Shown piece by piece: positions 1-9,672 of a stretch of 64,000 nucleotides of DNA (positions are counted from its first letter, which is position 1; each line of letters opens with the position of its first letter). The stretch lies in the NCBI GenBank assembly GCA_963422735.1, contig OY730476.1, forward strand, positions 4,736,001 through 4,800,000, read 5' to 3'. The stretch is from Candidatus Latescibacterota bacterium (lineage in GTDB: Bacteria; Latescibacterota; UBA2968; UBA8231). Both the position numbers and the translations under genes were made by a program. The notes under the pieces are model-generated. The model saw only the letters and a program-made list of their open reading frames with translations. It did no database searches and had not been told where the DNA came from.

Positions 1-472
1 TGGCCATGGTTGCGTCGTCGAGTGCCGTCCACACTGTGACGATGGGATTGGTGTCAATGCCCCAGCCGACGCCTACGTCTTGGTGCCAAGGCAGTTCGCG
101 GCGGAGTTCGGGCGGTTTGTTCATAAACATCGAGCGGAAGACCGAGACCTCCTCGCCGATGTAGCGGCGGGCAATCTGGTGGAAGAGGGGATGCTGAATA
201 TAGGAGAGGAAGAGCGGGTCCTGCTCTAGGTCGTCGATGCGCCGGTACGCGAGCGTCTGCACTTGATTGCCCATGGTGCGGCGCACTTCGCCATGCTCCT
301 CGACGACCTGCAAGCGCATGTGCTCGTAGCGGACGCGGCCCAGCATGATGTCGTCGATGCGCTGTTGCAAGGCGGCCAATCCGTCTGGGGATAGGACTTT
401 GCCCAGCCGCAGGTAGCCTTGATCCATGAACTGCTCGTGGTGTGCATCGTCAAAGGTGGAAAGGGCTTGCAT
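1..472 (-). CDS. Phytanoyl-CoA dioxygenase (PhyH) family Fe/2OG dioxygenase, runs off window edge
   Basis: Not in the ORF track. Manual translation from ATG 472 (RBS AAGGAG): MQALSTFDDAHHEQFMDQGYLRL...MFMNKPP...LPWHQD...VTVWTALDDAT, with the PhyH GY motif, HQD iron motif and WxALDD. Confidence 0.88.
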   Translation of the reverse strand, partial: MQALSTFDDAHHEQFMDQGYLRLGKVLSPDGLAALQQRIDDIMLGRVRYEHMRLQVVEEHGEVRRTMGNQVQTLAYRRIDDLEQDPLFLSYIQHPLFHQIARRYIGEEVSVFRSMFMNKPPELRRELPWHQDVGVGWGIDTNPIVTVWTALDDATMA

Positions 473-511
473 GATGCGGTCTCCTTTTTTTCGACAGGGT
501 GTAGTCAATAC

Positions 512-610
512 TTCGGACCGTTTTTGGCGTTGTGATGCTCAAGGGTTTATCCACCAAGGACACCAAGGACGCGAACTTGGGACCGTTTTTGTGCCTTGTG
601 TGGCTAATCA
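512..610. repeat. Degenerate short repeat/palindromic intergenic element
   Basis: Tandem CACCAAGGA x2; GGACCGTTTTT occurs twice (~515 and ~580); the right end (TTGTGCCTTGTGTGG) is loosely complementary to the left. Confidence 0.4.
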
Positions 611-674
611 TTAAAAAATGTCCGAACTATTGATTATACAAGGTCTAGGATGCGCACGGGCAACGCCGCTGCGA

Positions 675-2276
675 TCAAGGCTCGTACACGGTCAAGAGTT
701 GGTCGGCCACGACATCTTGCAGATGCTGCACAGTGCCGCTGGGCCAGCGAATTTCCACTTCATCTACGCGGGAGCGGTCTCCCAATCCGAAAAAGGGGCG
801 CAGCGCGCTTTGGCACATGTAGCTCGATCCGGCGCGCACTACATCCCATCGCACCCAGTCGCCCGCGGCGACGCGCACTTCGACCCCGACTGAGTCCCCG
901 ACCAACTGCAAGCTCAAATAGTGCTGGGCATTGCCGCCGTCGTTGCGCAAGAGCGCGGCTGCTTGGTTGTTGTTGGCTACTGTGATGTCGAGGTCGCCGT
1001 CGTTGTCGTAATCGCCCATGGCCGCGCCGCGGCTCACTTGCTGCAACTTGAGGCCCGGCCCCACCTGATTGCTCACGTCGGCAAAGCGTCCTTGGCTCTC
1101 GTTGCGGAAGAGTTGGTTTTGCTGCGCGTACGTCACGGCGTCGAACAGGTGGATGTTGTCGTCGAGGTGGCCGTTGGCGACAAACAGGTCGCGGTCGCCG
1201 TCGTTGTCGTAGTCGATGAAAAGGGTGCCCCACGCGAGGAACTGCAAGCTGGGAACTCCCAGCCCAGACTGAAAGGTCACGTCGGCGAAAAACCCGTTGC
1301 CGAGGTTGCGGTACAGACTGTTGGTTTCCCACTGGTAGTTGGTGACGAAGAAGTCAAACCGGCCGTCGCCGTCGTAGTCGCCCACATCCACTCCCATGCC
1401 GGCCAGCGGCTTGCCCGCGTCGTTATAAGCGACCCCGGCCAAAGCGCCGATTTCGGCAAAGCGTCCCCCGTCGTTGCGGTAGAGCAAATTGGGGGTGCGG
1501 TCGCCGGCCGCGTACAGGTCGAGATCGCCATCTGCGTCGTAGTCGATGAAAAAGGCTCCTAATTCCTTGGCAGCATCTGGCAGCAACCCGACTTCATAGG
1601 TGACATCGGCAAAGGTGGCGTCGCCTTCGTTGCGATAAAAGATGTCGCGCTGCGGCTCAAAGGCCTCTGGCCCGCAGTACACCGCAATCCCACCGGAGCG
1701 GATACAGGGCTGGTGTATCTCGGGGCGAAACTTGGCGTAATTGGCCACGAAGAAGTCCAAATCGCCGTCTAAATCGTAGTCGGCAAAGGCCGCGCCCGTG
1801 CTCATCGCCGGATTAACTAGCTCTGGCCCGGCCACGCCGGTTGCGTCGGTTACATCGGCGAACCGGCCCGTAGCCTCGTTGCGGTAGAGGATATTGGGGC
1901 CGTACGCAGTGATGTACAAGTCCAAGTCGCCGTCTGAATCGTAGTCGGCTGCGGCACAGCCCAACCCGTAGCCCGAATCGGCTACGCCGGCTTGGTCGGT
2001 TGCGTCGGCGAACTGGCCGGTGCCCGCGTTGCGGTAGAGCGCACCCGGCCCGACGCTGTTGACGAAGTACAGGTCGAGCCATCCGTCTGAATCGCAGTCG
2101 AAAAAGGCCGCGCCCGAGCCCATGGTCTCCATTGGATACTTTTGCCCCTTAGCTCCATTCTGATGGCGAAAAGCGATTCCGGCCTCGGCCGCCACCTCCA
2201 CAAACTGCACCTCGGCGCGACCCAGCGCGGTCTGCAGACATGCCAAGGCGGCCCCTAAGAGGGCGCACCGCGTCAC
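675..2276 (-). CDS. CRTAC1-like protein (FG-GAP/VCBS repeats + ASPIC/UnbV domain)
   Basis: Many DxDxDGDxD repeats; C-terminal FGLG...VEIRWPSG. GTG start at 2276 gives a signal peptide (VTRCALLGAALACLQTALG) and overlaps the upstream TGA (GTGA). Confidence 0.9.
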   Translation of the reverse strand: MTRCALLGAALACLQTALGRAEVQFVEVAAEAGIAFRHQNGAKGQKYPMETMGSGAAFFDCDSDGWLDLYFVNSVGPGALYRNAGTGQFADATDQAGVADSGYGLGCAAADYDSDGDLDLYITAYGPNILYRNEATGRFADVTDATGVAGPELVNPAMSTGAAFADYDLDGDLDFFVANYAKFRPEIHQPCIRSGGIAVYCGPEAFEPQRDIFYRNEGDATFADVTYEVGLLPDAAKELGAFFIDYDADGDLDLYAAGDRTPNLLYRNDGGRFAEIGALAGVAYNDAGKPLAGMGVDVGDYDGDGRFDFFVTNYQWETNSLYRNLGNGFFADVTFQSGLGVPSLQFLAWGTLFIDYDNDGDRDLFVANGHLDDNIHLFDAVTYAQQNQLFRNESQGRFADVSNQVGPGLKLQQVSRGAAMGDYDNDGDLDITVANNNQAAALLRNDGGNAQHYLSLQLVGDSVGVEVRVAAGDWVRWDVVRAGSSYMCQSALRPFFGLGDRSRVDEVEIRWPSGTVQHLQDVVADQLLTVYEP

Positions 2277-2452
2277 GCGCGCTCGGAGTCCGTGGCGGCT
2301 TCGCTGGCCCCGCGGCCGGCCGCCATGTTGCGGATTCTCTGGGCCACGTCGCCAAAGCCTTTGTAGGCGACCGCGACGACAATGCCGTAAAAGAGGACGC
2401 TGGCGACGATAAAGACGAGTTGCCATAGGGCTTTCCAAGTTTCGACGTCCAT
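2273..2452 (-). CDS. 59-aa single-TM membrane protein coupled to the SSS transporter
   Basis: MDVETWKALWQLVFIVASVLFYGIVVAVAYKGFGDVAQRIRNMAAGRGASEAATDSERA*; starts 4 nt after the SSS stop; its TGA overlaps the next GTG. Just under the shortest ORFs in the track. Confidence 0.75.
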   Translation of the reverse strand: MDVETWKALWQLVFIVASVLFYGIVVAVAYKGFGDVAQRIRNMAAGRGASEAATDSERA

Positions 2453-2456
2453 AGCA

Positions 2457-3998
2457 CTACTCCATTTCGCTAAAGTCTAGAGGGCGCGGCGGGTGCGAGC
2501 GCTGCGTGAGCGAGGCCACGACCAGCATGGCCAACCCGCCCAAGGCTAGGCTGGTAAGCCCGACGAGGTTAGAGTTTTCGACCAACGGCAACAAAAATTC
2601 GGGCACCAAGTGCTGGTTTTCGTTCATAATCAGGAAGTTGAGCGGCACCAGTGCGCCCAGTATCAGAGCGCAGTACGCACCCGGGGTATTGGCCTTTTTC
2701 CAATATAGCCCCAAGGCCACAGTGCCGACGCAGCCGGAAAAGTAGATGCTGCCGGTGACGTACATAAAGCGAAAGGCCGTCTCGGGAAGTTGGTAGAATG
2801 CACCGAAGATGGCCAGAAAGGCGGCGAGGATGACGACGATGGCCCGGGTCCAGTAGATCTCGCGCTCGCTCGACAGCCCGCCCCAAGTGCCGTCCGCCGC
2901 CCGCTGGCCGCTCGACTTGGCGAGCATGGCCTTAATCGGCGAAACCACATCGCGGACGATGACGCCGCTCCAAGCGAGTAGGTAGCTGTCGTGAGTGGAC
3001 ATGAAAGCGGCGAACATCCCGGCCATGAGCAGGCCGGCGATGCCGATGGGCAGGATTTTGCCGAGCATTTCGGGCATGGCGTAGTGGGGGTCGAGCGCGG
3101 GGTCGCCAAAATAGGCCAGCGCCGCGATACCCCAAAACATCGGCACCATCGCCCGCCCCATGACCGTGCCCGCCGAGATCCAGAATACGCGACGGGCCAC
3201 CTTGGGGCTTTCGGCACTGAGAGGCCGCATCATTTCGGGTTGCCAGACCACGCCGACTAAGCCGACGCAAAATAAAAACAAGATCACTGAGATGCCGTAG
3301 TCGGGATTGGCTATGGGGTCGAAGCCGATGTCGCCTTTGTGGACCTCGACGGCTTGGACCATGGTGTCCCAGCCGAGTTGCGGGTGATTGAGAATGACAT
3401 ACGTGCCAAAGAAAAACCCCAGCGCCAGCAGCACGAACTGCGCGAAGTCCGTCAGCACCACCGAGACCATGCCGCCCATCAGCGTGTAGAAGACGACGAT
3501 GACCAACATGCCGACCATGACGTAGTTGACGTATTCCTTGTCGAGGCCGGTGAAGCCAACGATGAACTTGCTGCCGAGAATGGGGAACAGCCCCATGTTG
3601 AGGGTGCCGGCGAGGGTGAGGATGATGCCGCCGAGCAGGCGTACGCCGCGCGTGTACTTGAGCTCGTAGAACTCGGGCACGGTCATCACCTGCAAATGGC
3701 GCAGGCGACTGACGATAAAGCCCGTGCGGCCGATGATGGCGGTGGTAAGAAGCGCCACGAGGCCAAAGACGAAGGGCACGAAGCCGTACTTAAAGCCCTC
3801 CTCGGCCATGTACATGACCGTTACTAGCCCGAGGCCGGTTGAGACCATCGTGGCGACGGCCATGTGGGTTTTGAGGCCGCGGCCGGCGACGAGGAAGTCG
3901 GAGATGCTTTTGATGGCCCCTCGGGCCAACGTGCCGGCGACGATGGTACCGCCGACATAGACGAGGACGATAGCGTAGTCGATCCAGCTCAGGTTCAT
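2457..3998 (-). CDS. Sodium:solute symporter (SSS) family protein
   Basis: N-terminal IDY..V..Y, DFLVAGR, T.PEF..KY, GGM.SV..TD..Q and AAFMST.DS motifs; many TM segments; RBS AGGAG before ATG 3998. Confidence 0.93.
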   Translation of the reverse strand: MNLSWIDYAIVLVYVGGTIVAGTLARGAIKSISDFLVAGRGLKTHMAVATMVSTGLGLVTVMYMAEEGFKYGFVPFVFGLVALLTTAIIGRTGFIVSRLRHLQVMTVPEFYELKYTRGVRLLGGIILTLAGTLNMGLFPILGSKFIVGFTGLDKEYVNYVMVGMLVIVVFYTLMGGMVSVVLTDFAQFVLLALGFFFGTYVILNHPQLGWDTMVQAVEVHKGDIGFDPIANPDYGISVILFLFCVGLVGVVWQPEMMRPLSAESPKVARRVFWISAGTVMGRAMVPMFWGIAALAYFGDPALDPHYAMPEMLGKILPIGIAGLLMAGMFAAFMSTHDSYLLAWSGVIVRDVVSPIKAMLAKSSGQRAADGTWGGLSSEREIYWTRAIVVILAAFLAIFGAFYQLPETAFRFMYVTGSIYFSGCVGTVALGLYWKKANTPGAYCALILGALVPLNFLIMNENQHLVPEFLLPLVENSNLVGLTSLALGGLAMLVVASLTQRSHPPRPLDFSEME

Positions 3999-4087
3999 GC
4001 GTACTCCTGTGGTGTTTTCAGTAGTGGAAAGGCGCAAACAGCCTGCCAATCTAACATGTTAGCGAAGGCATGTCACCTCGCAGGCGA

Positions 4088-4116
4088 TTGACCTTCCAAG
4101 AGGCGGTTCATATACT
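4088..4116 (+). promoter_or_regulatory. Sigma70-type promoter
   Basis: TTGACC-17 nt-TATACT, upstream of ATG 4171. Confidence 0.7.
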
Positions 4117-4170
4117 TGCGCCGCGCTTCACCGCGCCGTTAGACGTGAACATCAACTACTTAAGAGGGAT

Positions 4171-4596
4171 ATGAATATGTTGCTGCGATTCATGCGCCGG
4201 TTGCCGCTGTTGGTCACAGCCCTGTTGTGGACCGGCTGCGCGGGCGATGACTCGACGCTGGGGCCGGACGAGCCGGACGGCGCGGGCGCGCTCGACGAGC
4301 AGGTTAGCGAGGTCTTTGCGGTTAGTTGCGCATTTTCGGGTTGCCACAGCGGCGGGGAGCCCGCGGCCGATTTGTCGCTGGAGGGCGACTTTGCCGCTCG
4401 CATCGTCGGCGTCGCCAGCGGCCAGCGGCCCGATCTCATGCTCGTCTATCCGGATAATCCCGATCGCTCATACCTGCTGCTCAAGGTGCGCGGCGACGAC
4501 GAAATCGTCAGCCAGCAAATGCCGCCGGGCCGGGTTCTGCCCCCAGAGCAGGTGGAGATAATCCGCGCGTGGATCGCCAGCGGGGCGAAGGAGTGA
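4171..4596 (+). CDS. Lipoprotein with a c-type cytochrome-like domain (CX4CH)
   Basis: Lipobox WTGC; CAFSGCH heme motif; SYLLLK; QMPP candidate axial Met; C-terminal WIASGA. Confidence 0.75.
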   Translation: MNMLLRFMRRLPLLVTALLWTGCAGDDSTLGPDEPDGAGALDEQVSEVFAVSCAFSGCHSGGEPAADLSLEGDFAARIVGVASGQRPDLMLVYPDNPDRSYLLLKVRGDDEIVSQQMPPGRVLPPEQVEIIRAWIASGAKE

Positions 4597-4735
4597 TCAG
4601 TGGTTAGTGGCCAGTGGCCAGTGGTTAGTGGCCAGTCCCTACCACTCCCCCGGGCGTGGAGGGGAAACTGCTCACTGCTCACTAACCACTGACCACTAAC
4701 CACTAACCACTAACCACTAACCACTAACCACTACC
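4597..4735. repeat. Heptamer-built inverted repeat element (TGGYYAG)n-core-(CTRRCCA)n
   Basis: Five TGGTTAG/TGGCCAG units, a GC core, then about 9 complementary ACCACTA/CTCACTG units running up to the next ATG. Confidence 0.9.
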
Positions 4736-5794
4736 ATGCCCGTCTTTTCTCCATCGTCCTTAATCGAAACCAGCGCCTCCATTTTTGCCGCGGCTGGAAT
4801 GCGCGCTGGCGAGGCGCGCGTTGTCGCCGAATTGCTCGTCGAAGCCAATCTCGTCGGCCACGACTCGCACGGCGTCATCCGCATTCCCCAGTACTTGGGC
4901 CAAGTAGAAGCCGGCGACATGGTGCCAGAAGCCGCTGTCGAAGTCGTTCACGAGGCACCAACACTTGCCGTACTCGACGCGCATTGGGGCTTTGGACAGG
5001 TGGCGATGAGTCGCGGTGTAGAGTTGGGCTTGGAGAAGGCGCGGGCTATGGGCATGGCCGCTGTCGCCGTCCGCCAAGCCAATCACATCGGCCGCCTCGG
5101 CAGCTACGTGGAGCGCATTGCCGAGGACACTGCTATCGCCCTGCTGTTCGTCAACGGCGCGCCGGTCTGTCGCATGGCCCCGTGGGGAGGGCGCGAAGCC
5201 CGGCACGGCACTAATCCAATCGCCATGGCGTTTCCGTCGCGCACAGGCCCGCCCGTCGTCCTCGACATGACCACGTCGGCTGTGGCCGAGGGCAAGGTGC
5301 GGGTGCAGCGCAATCGCGATGCCAAGGTGCCCGATGGCTGGCTGCTCGACGCCGAAGGCCAGCCGACCAACGATCCCCACACCCTGTACGCCGACCCACC
5401 CGGCACCATTCTGCCCTTGGGCGGCAGCCTCGGGCACAAAGGCTACGGCCTCAATGTAGCGGTCGAGCTGTTGGCTGGTGCGTTGGCCGGCGCCGGCTGC
5501 GTAGGCCAAGATCGGCCCTTCCGCAACGGGGCCATGCTGTTGGTGCTCGACGTGGAAAAGCTGGTGGGGTTAGACGCCTATTTCGCCGAGGCCGACGCAT
5601 ACATCGCGTTTGTCAAGTCCTCAGCCACTGCACCGAGAGTCGAGGCGATTTTGATGCCCGGGGATAGCGAGCGGGCGGTGGCGAAGAAGCGAAAGACGGA
5701 GGGGATCTTCGTGGAGGACGAGACGTGGGCGCAGATTGTGGCGAGTGCGGCGAAGGTGGGGGTTGAGGTGAGTGATGAGGGAACTTGCCGCTAA
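4736..5794 (+). CDS. Ldh_2 (malate/L-lactate dehydrogenase type 2) family oxidoreductase
   Basis: GHDSHG, NHIGRLG, GTNPIA, DMTTS..A.GK and GHKGYGL motifs. Confidence 0.93.
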   Translation: MPVFSPSSLIETSASIFAAAGMRAGEARVVAELLVEANLVGHDSHGVIRIPQYLGQVEAGDMVPEAAVEVVHEAPTLAVLDAHWGFGQVAMSRGVELGLEKARAMGMAAVAVRQANHIGRLGSYVERIAEDTAIALLFVNGAPVCRMAPWGGREARHGTNPIAMAFPSRTGPPVVLDMTTSAVAEGKVRVQRNRDAKVPDGWLLDAEGQPTNDPHTLYADPPGTILPLGGSLGHKGYGLNVAVELLAGALAGAGCVGQDRPFRNGAMLLVLDVEKLVGLDAYFAEADAYIAFVKSSATAPRVEAILMPGDSERAVAKKRKTEGIFVEDETWAQIVASAAKVGVEVSDEGTCR

Positions 5795-7770
5795 AACACA
5801 ATGCTCGACACGGCCTTGGAAATCAACGCCAGCGCAATCGACGACATGCCGACCAATCCCATCCCGCACGAATAGCCGGCCAACAAAATTGGCGCATACG
5901 CTCGCCAGCGCGCCTCGCCAAAGCGCTTTTGCAAGTGATAGCGGCCCAGCAACGCGCCGATGAAGTTGGGCAGCAGAAAGTGCGGCCACGCGCCCACGCC
6001 GCCGATGAAGCCGTAGAACAGGGCGATCGGCCAGCGCAAGAGCGCCAGCGCGCCCAAAATCCCCGCACTGCCCAGCGCACCCGTGAGCACGTATTCCCAG
6101 CGAATGATGGTCTTGATCAGCTCGTTGCCCCCCTCGGCGAGCGTTGACTTGGCCCAGAACGCCTGCATGGTGGCGTGGAAGGGCCAAAACTTCTGCACGT
6201 AGGGATAGGCCGCCGAGGGAATCGGCCCGAGCTTCCAGATAAAAGACCAGAACACAAACGAGCAGACGAACATGATTAGCAAGGTTACGCCGGCCAGCTT
6301 GACGATGCTGCCGAAGTGAGTGCGGGTCAGTTCGAGTTGCTTGAAGGCCGCCGCTTCGTAGCCCCACTGGAAGAGCGGAATCGGCGCGAACCACACGGCC
6401 GCGCCCTGATAGCCCGACAGGTAAAAGGAGCCTTCGCGCAGATAGGGGAAGGACGCTCCTTGCGGCGAGCCGGTCAGGCCGATCATGCGCGCCCCGATGT
6501 ACGAGTAAATCGGCGTCCACACAAAGCCGAAGAACGCGCTGATCCACCAAGGAAATTCCGGCACCAAATACCACACCAAGACCACGAAGCCGAGCGTGCT
6601 CACCGCCCAGATGCCCAAGGCGAGGGGAATGGGCATGTCGCCGCGGCCCTCGGTTAGACCCGCGTCCTCCCCGCGTTTAACCCCGCGCAAAGTCCACAGG
6701 GTCTTGCCCACCATGGCAAAACCCATCACGGCCACGACGGCCGCGCCGCCAATGGAGAAGCTGAGCCAGAAGTCGAATGAGTTGGCGATCTGAGTTGGAA
6801 TTGCCGACATGCCCGGCTCCCAAGTGTGCAGCACGTCGTAGGCGTAGAGCACCGGATTGACGAGGATGTTGACGAGGAAGGCCGCGGCAAAGGAGCCGAC
6901 CACGATCCAAAAGGGCAGGACAAAGCCGACCATGACGTGCCCTAAATCCGTGCCAATGCCCATGATGCTGGCCGGCAGCATTTCCTTGAGCGAGACAGTT
7001 AGGTCGATAAACGGAATCGGCAGAATAGTCACTGTTTCGGTGAAGAAAATGCCCGATATCGTGGGGATGACCACGTAGAACAGCCCCCAGACAATGCCGA
7101 TAAAGGCCCCGACGCTAAAAACCTCCCACCGCCAGCCTTGGCTCGGCCCCGAGCTCTCGGCGAGAGCGGTCGCGCCGCCGGCCTGCACTGCGGCCAACGG
7201 GTACGGCAGGCGCTCGATATCGTTGGTGATGCGGAACAGCACGTAGCCCAAGGACAGGCTGTTGACCTTCTGCATTGCGATGACGGTCAGCAGCAGGGCA
7301 ATGGGCTTGATCCAATCGGGGTGCAAAAAGGAGCGCCCCTCTAGGGCTTGTGAGCCGCGCGGAGGCACCACCCAGTCGGGGATGTACTGGTGCAAACCAT
7401 CGGCTTGGGGCGATTGGATCAAGTACTGGTCCCAGATCAGCCCGCCAAAAGGCCCGCCGAACAGCTCGGCCCCGGTGCCCAACTTGCCGCCCATCACGAC
7501 CAAGCCGCCGGCCACCCAGTAGAGAATGATCACCTCTTGGGTGCGCAGACGCGCAAAGGAGCGCTTGGCAATTTCGATGAAGAGGATGAGCGTTACCCAC
7601 TCGGCGCCGCCGGCCATGCTCTGGCCGGTCACCAACCCCAAGTAGATGGCTCCGGGCAGCATGATGAAGCCGACGAAGAGCGCGGCCCACAAGGTCTTGA
7701 CGTTGAAGCCCGGTTCAAATTTGAGGTCCGTGGGAATCAGCTCGGGTGATTCTTTGTCGTCTTGAGCCAT
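5791..7770 (-). CDS. Multipass membrane protein, OPT-like 'peptide transporter'
   Basis: 659 aa, more than 14 hydrophobic segments; ERLPYP motif shared with the neighbour (ERLPF); no ATPase domain. Confidence 0.65.
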   Translation of the reverse strand: MAQDDKESPELIPTDLKFEPGFNVKTLWAALFVGFIMLPGAIYLGLVTGQSMAGGAEWVTLILFIEIAKRSFARLRTQEVIILYWVAGGLVVMGGKLGTGAELFGGPFGGLIWDQYLIQSPQADGLHQYIPDWVVPPRGSQALEGRSFLHPDWIKPIALLLTVIAMQKVNSLSLGYVLFRITNDIERLPYPLAAVQAGGATALAESSGPSQGWRWEVFSVGAFIGIVWGLFYVVIPTISGIFFTETVTILPIPFIDLTVSLKEMLPASIMGIGTDLGHVMVGFVLPFWIVVGSFAAAFLVNILVNPVLYAYDVLHTWEPGMSAIPTQIANSFDFWLSFSIGGAAVVAVMGFAMVGKTLWTLRGVKRGEDAGLTEGRGDMPIPLALGIWAVSTLGFVVLVWYLVPEFPWWISAFFGFVWTPIYSYIGARMIGLTGSPQGASFPYLREGSFYLSGYQGAAVWFAPIPLFQWGYEAAAFKQLELTRTHFGSIVKLAGVTLLIMFVCSFVFWSFIWKLGPIPSAAYPYVQKFWPFHATMQAFWAKSTLAEGGNELIKTIIRWEYVLTGALGSAGILGALALLRWPIALFYGFIGGVGAWPHFLLPNFIGALLGRYHLQKRFGEARWRAYAPILLAGYSCGMGLVGMSSIALALISKAVSSIVF

Positions 7771-7773
7771 GCG

Positions 7774-9672
7774 CTAGTTTCCGTATAGCGGGTGGCCTTG
7801 CCCGGGGAACCAAATCATATCGACGCAAAAGGACAGGCCAATCCCGGTGAAGTACCCGAGGATGAGGCCGATGAAAAAGGGCTGGGCGCGGTGGTAGAAG
7901 CCGATGCCGCCCGAACGCATAATAGCCCATTTGGCCAGCCAAGAGACGAAGATCGAAAAGACGATAATGGTCATTGGGTAGGAACAGATGCCGACCGGCA
8001 TGCCAATGGGGTGTAGGGGCCACCAAGAGAAGCGGTAGCGCATAAAGGTCAACAGCCCCATGGCGCCCGCGCCGCTGACGAGGTGGGCCAATCGCGTCCA
8101 ATCCGGGGTCTTGAGGTCGATTTTGCGCAGGCTCTCCACGTAGGGCACTTGCGAGCCTGTGCCGAAGATCCATCCCCCGTAGTTGTACGCGCCAAAAGAG
8201 TAGCCCATGTAGAGCGCGAAGGCCATGGAGACGACGAGGGCCACCAGCGCCGAGAGGAGGATGTAGAAGCTCAGCCAGCGGCGGTTGCCGCGGATGTGGC
8301 TGGACACCTTGGCGCTGTTGGCCGCGGCGACCATGAAGAAGCCCTTGAGCTCGTGGTGCCAGCCGTAGGACAGCCCCATGGCGATGTTGCTCTGCGCGGT
8401 GGCGTACGGCCCAAGCGCGTAGCCGACAAAGGTCTGGCCGACTAGCGGTGCGCGGCTGAAAAGCAGGCCGCCCTCCATGATGATGCGCGTGATGCCCACG
8501 TAGAGAACCAAGGTGGCCAAGATGAAGAGCGCGACCGTGGGCGGGTTCATTCCGGCCCGCCACATCGAGAAGGCGATGTAGAGCAGGGCCAGCCCGCCGC
8601 CAAAGACGATCATCCGGTAGGACATCAGTTCGTCTGTATCGTCGATGTCCGCATCGTTGTACACGGCTTTGCGCCAGATCGCGCCGAGGTGTCCGCGCGC
8701 CATCCACAGCATGCCGCCGACGAGGGCGATCAGGGCGCCGAAAGACTGCCAGCCGATGCCGGGGTGCCCGAGGGTGTACACGTCGCGGCCAGCAATGGTG
8801 TAGCCAAAGCGGTTGAACAGGCCCTGTTGCAGCATGGTCAGCACAGTGAAAAACCACATGCTAAAGGACACGTCGAGATTGACGAAGTACGTGAAGCCAA
8901 CGATGGCCCAGTTGATATTCGTGTTGATGGCGGGAAATTCGCGGCCAATGCGGATGGGGTCGGAAAGATCGCGCGGGATGGGTGGAAAGGCCGGAGTAAA
9001 GTACGTGACCACATTCCACATAACCATGCAGAAGGGCAGGGCAAAGCCGAACCAGAACGCCTTTTGGCGGACGAAGCTGGGCCAGTTAGAGCCGCGCGGC
9101 GGGGCGATGAGCTGTTGGGGCAATTCCATCAGGGCAAAGGGCAGGCGCTCGTACTCGACCCACTGCTTGCGCAGGGCCGCGACCATGCACTGACACAAAA
9201 AGAAGATGGCCATCACCAAGCTGGTCCACCAAAAAAGCGGCCCGATCCAAGCGCCCCAAGGGATGGATTCGCCTGCGGGCAAGCCGTTGTAGAACCACTT
9301 GAGGGCAATCGCGTCGTTGGGCACCAGCCATTCCTCGATGTACTGCACTACTTTGCTCTGCCACTGATTCTCGGGCGAGGCAAAGTACTGGGGAGCGGCG
9401 ACTACCGCGATCATGTACGTGGAAGTGCCCCAGGTGGGAATCGAGGCCCCCACCAAAGACATAGTGAAGACGAAGCCCAGCTCGCTAGTGCTCAGGCCGC
9501 GCACTTTTAGTAGGGCATTGAGAAAAACCAAGCCGGTAAAGAGAAAGACCACGCTCAAGGGCAGGTAGCTGATTGCCCACTGCGAGGACTTGAGGATGAA
9601 CATGCTGTACGGGGCCCCGATGTTGATCAAGACCACGAGGCTCAAGCCGATGAGGAAGGCGCGTGCGGTCAT
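7774..9672 (-). CDS. DUF6785/DUF6784-like multipass membrane protein
   Basis: Start MTARAFLIG; IPWGAW..PL, RKQW..ERLPF and WWPLHPIG motifs; C-terminal PFFIGLILG. Confidence 0.75.
   Translation of the reverse strand: MTARAFLIGLSLVVLINIGAPYSMFILKSSQWAISYLPLSVVFLFTGLVFLNALLKVRGLSTSELGFVFTMSLVGASIPTWGTSTYMIAVVAAPQYFASPENQWQSKVVQYIEEWLVPNDAIALKWFYNGLPAGESIPWGAWIGPLFWWTSLVMAIFFLCQCMVAALRKQWVEYERLPFALMELPQQLIAPPRGSNWPSFVRQKAFWFGFALPFCMVMWNVVTYFTPAFPPIPRDLSDPIRIGREFPAINTNINWAIVGFTYFVNLDVSFSMWFFTVLTMLQQGLFNRFGYTIAGRDVYTLGHPGIGWQSFGALIALVGGMLWMARGHLGAIWRKAVYNDADIDDTDELMSYRMIVFGGGLALLYIAFSMWRAGMNPPTVALFILATLVLYVGITRIIMEGGLLFSRAPLVGQTFVGYALGPYATAQSNIAMGLSYGWHHELKGFFMVAAANSAKVSSHIRGNRRWLSFYILLSALVALVVSMAFALYMGYSFGAYNYGGWIFGTGSQVPYVESLRKIDLKTPDWTRLAHLVSGAGAMGLLTFMRYRFSWWPLHPIGMPVGICSYPMTIIVFSIFVSWLAKWAIMRSGGIGFYHRAQPFFIGLILGYFTGIGLSFCVDMIWFPGQGHPLYGN

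Noticed and set aside
1929-1938. Neisseria DNA uptake sequence GCCGTCTGAA (also ~43143)
   Set aside because: Only two copies noticed in 64 kb, both within coding sequence; no enrichment.
2277-2438. Arg-rich N-terminal extension of ORF 675..2438
   Set aside because: It is an alternative frame of the real 59-aa membrane ORF; the signal peptide begins at GTG 2276.
4597-4735. CRISPR array or telomere-like repeat
   Set aside because: Units are 7 nt with no unique spacers, and there are no cas genes in the window.
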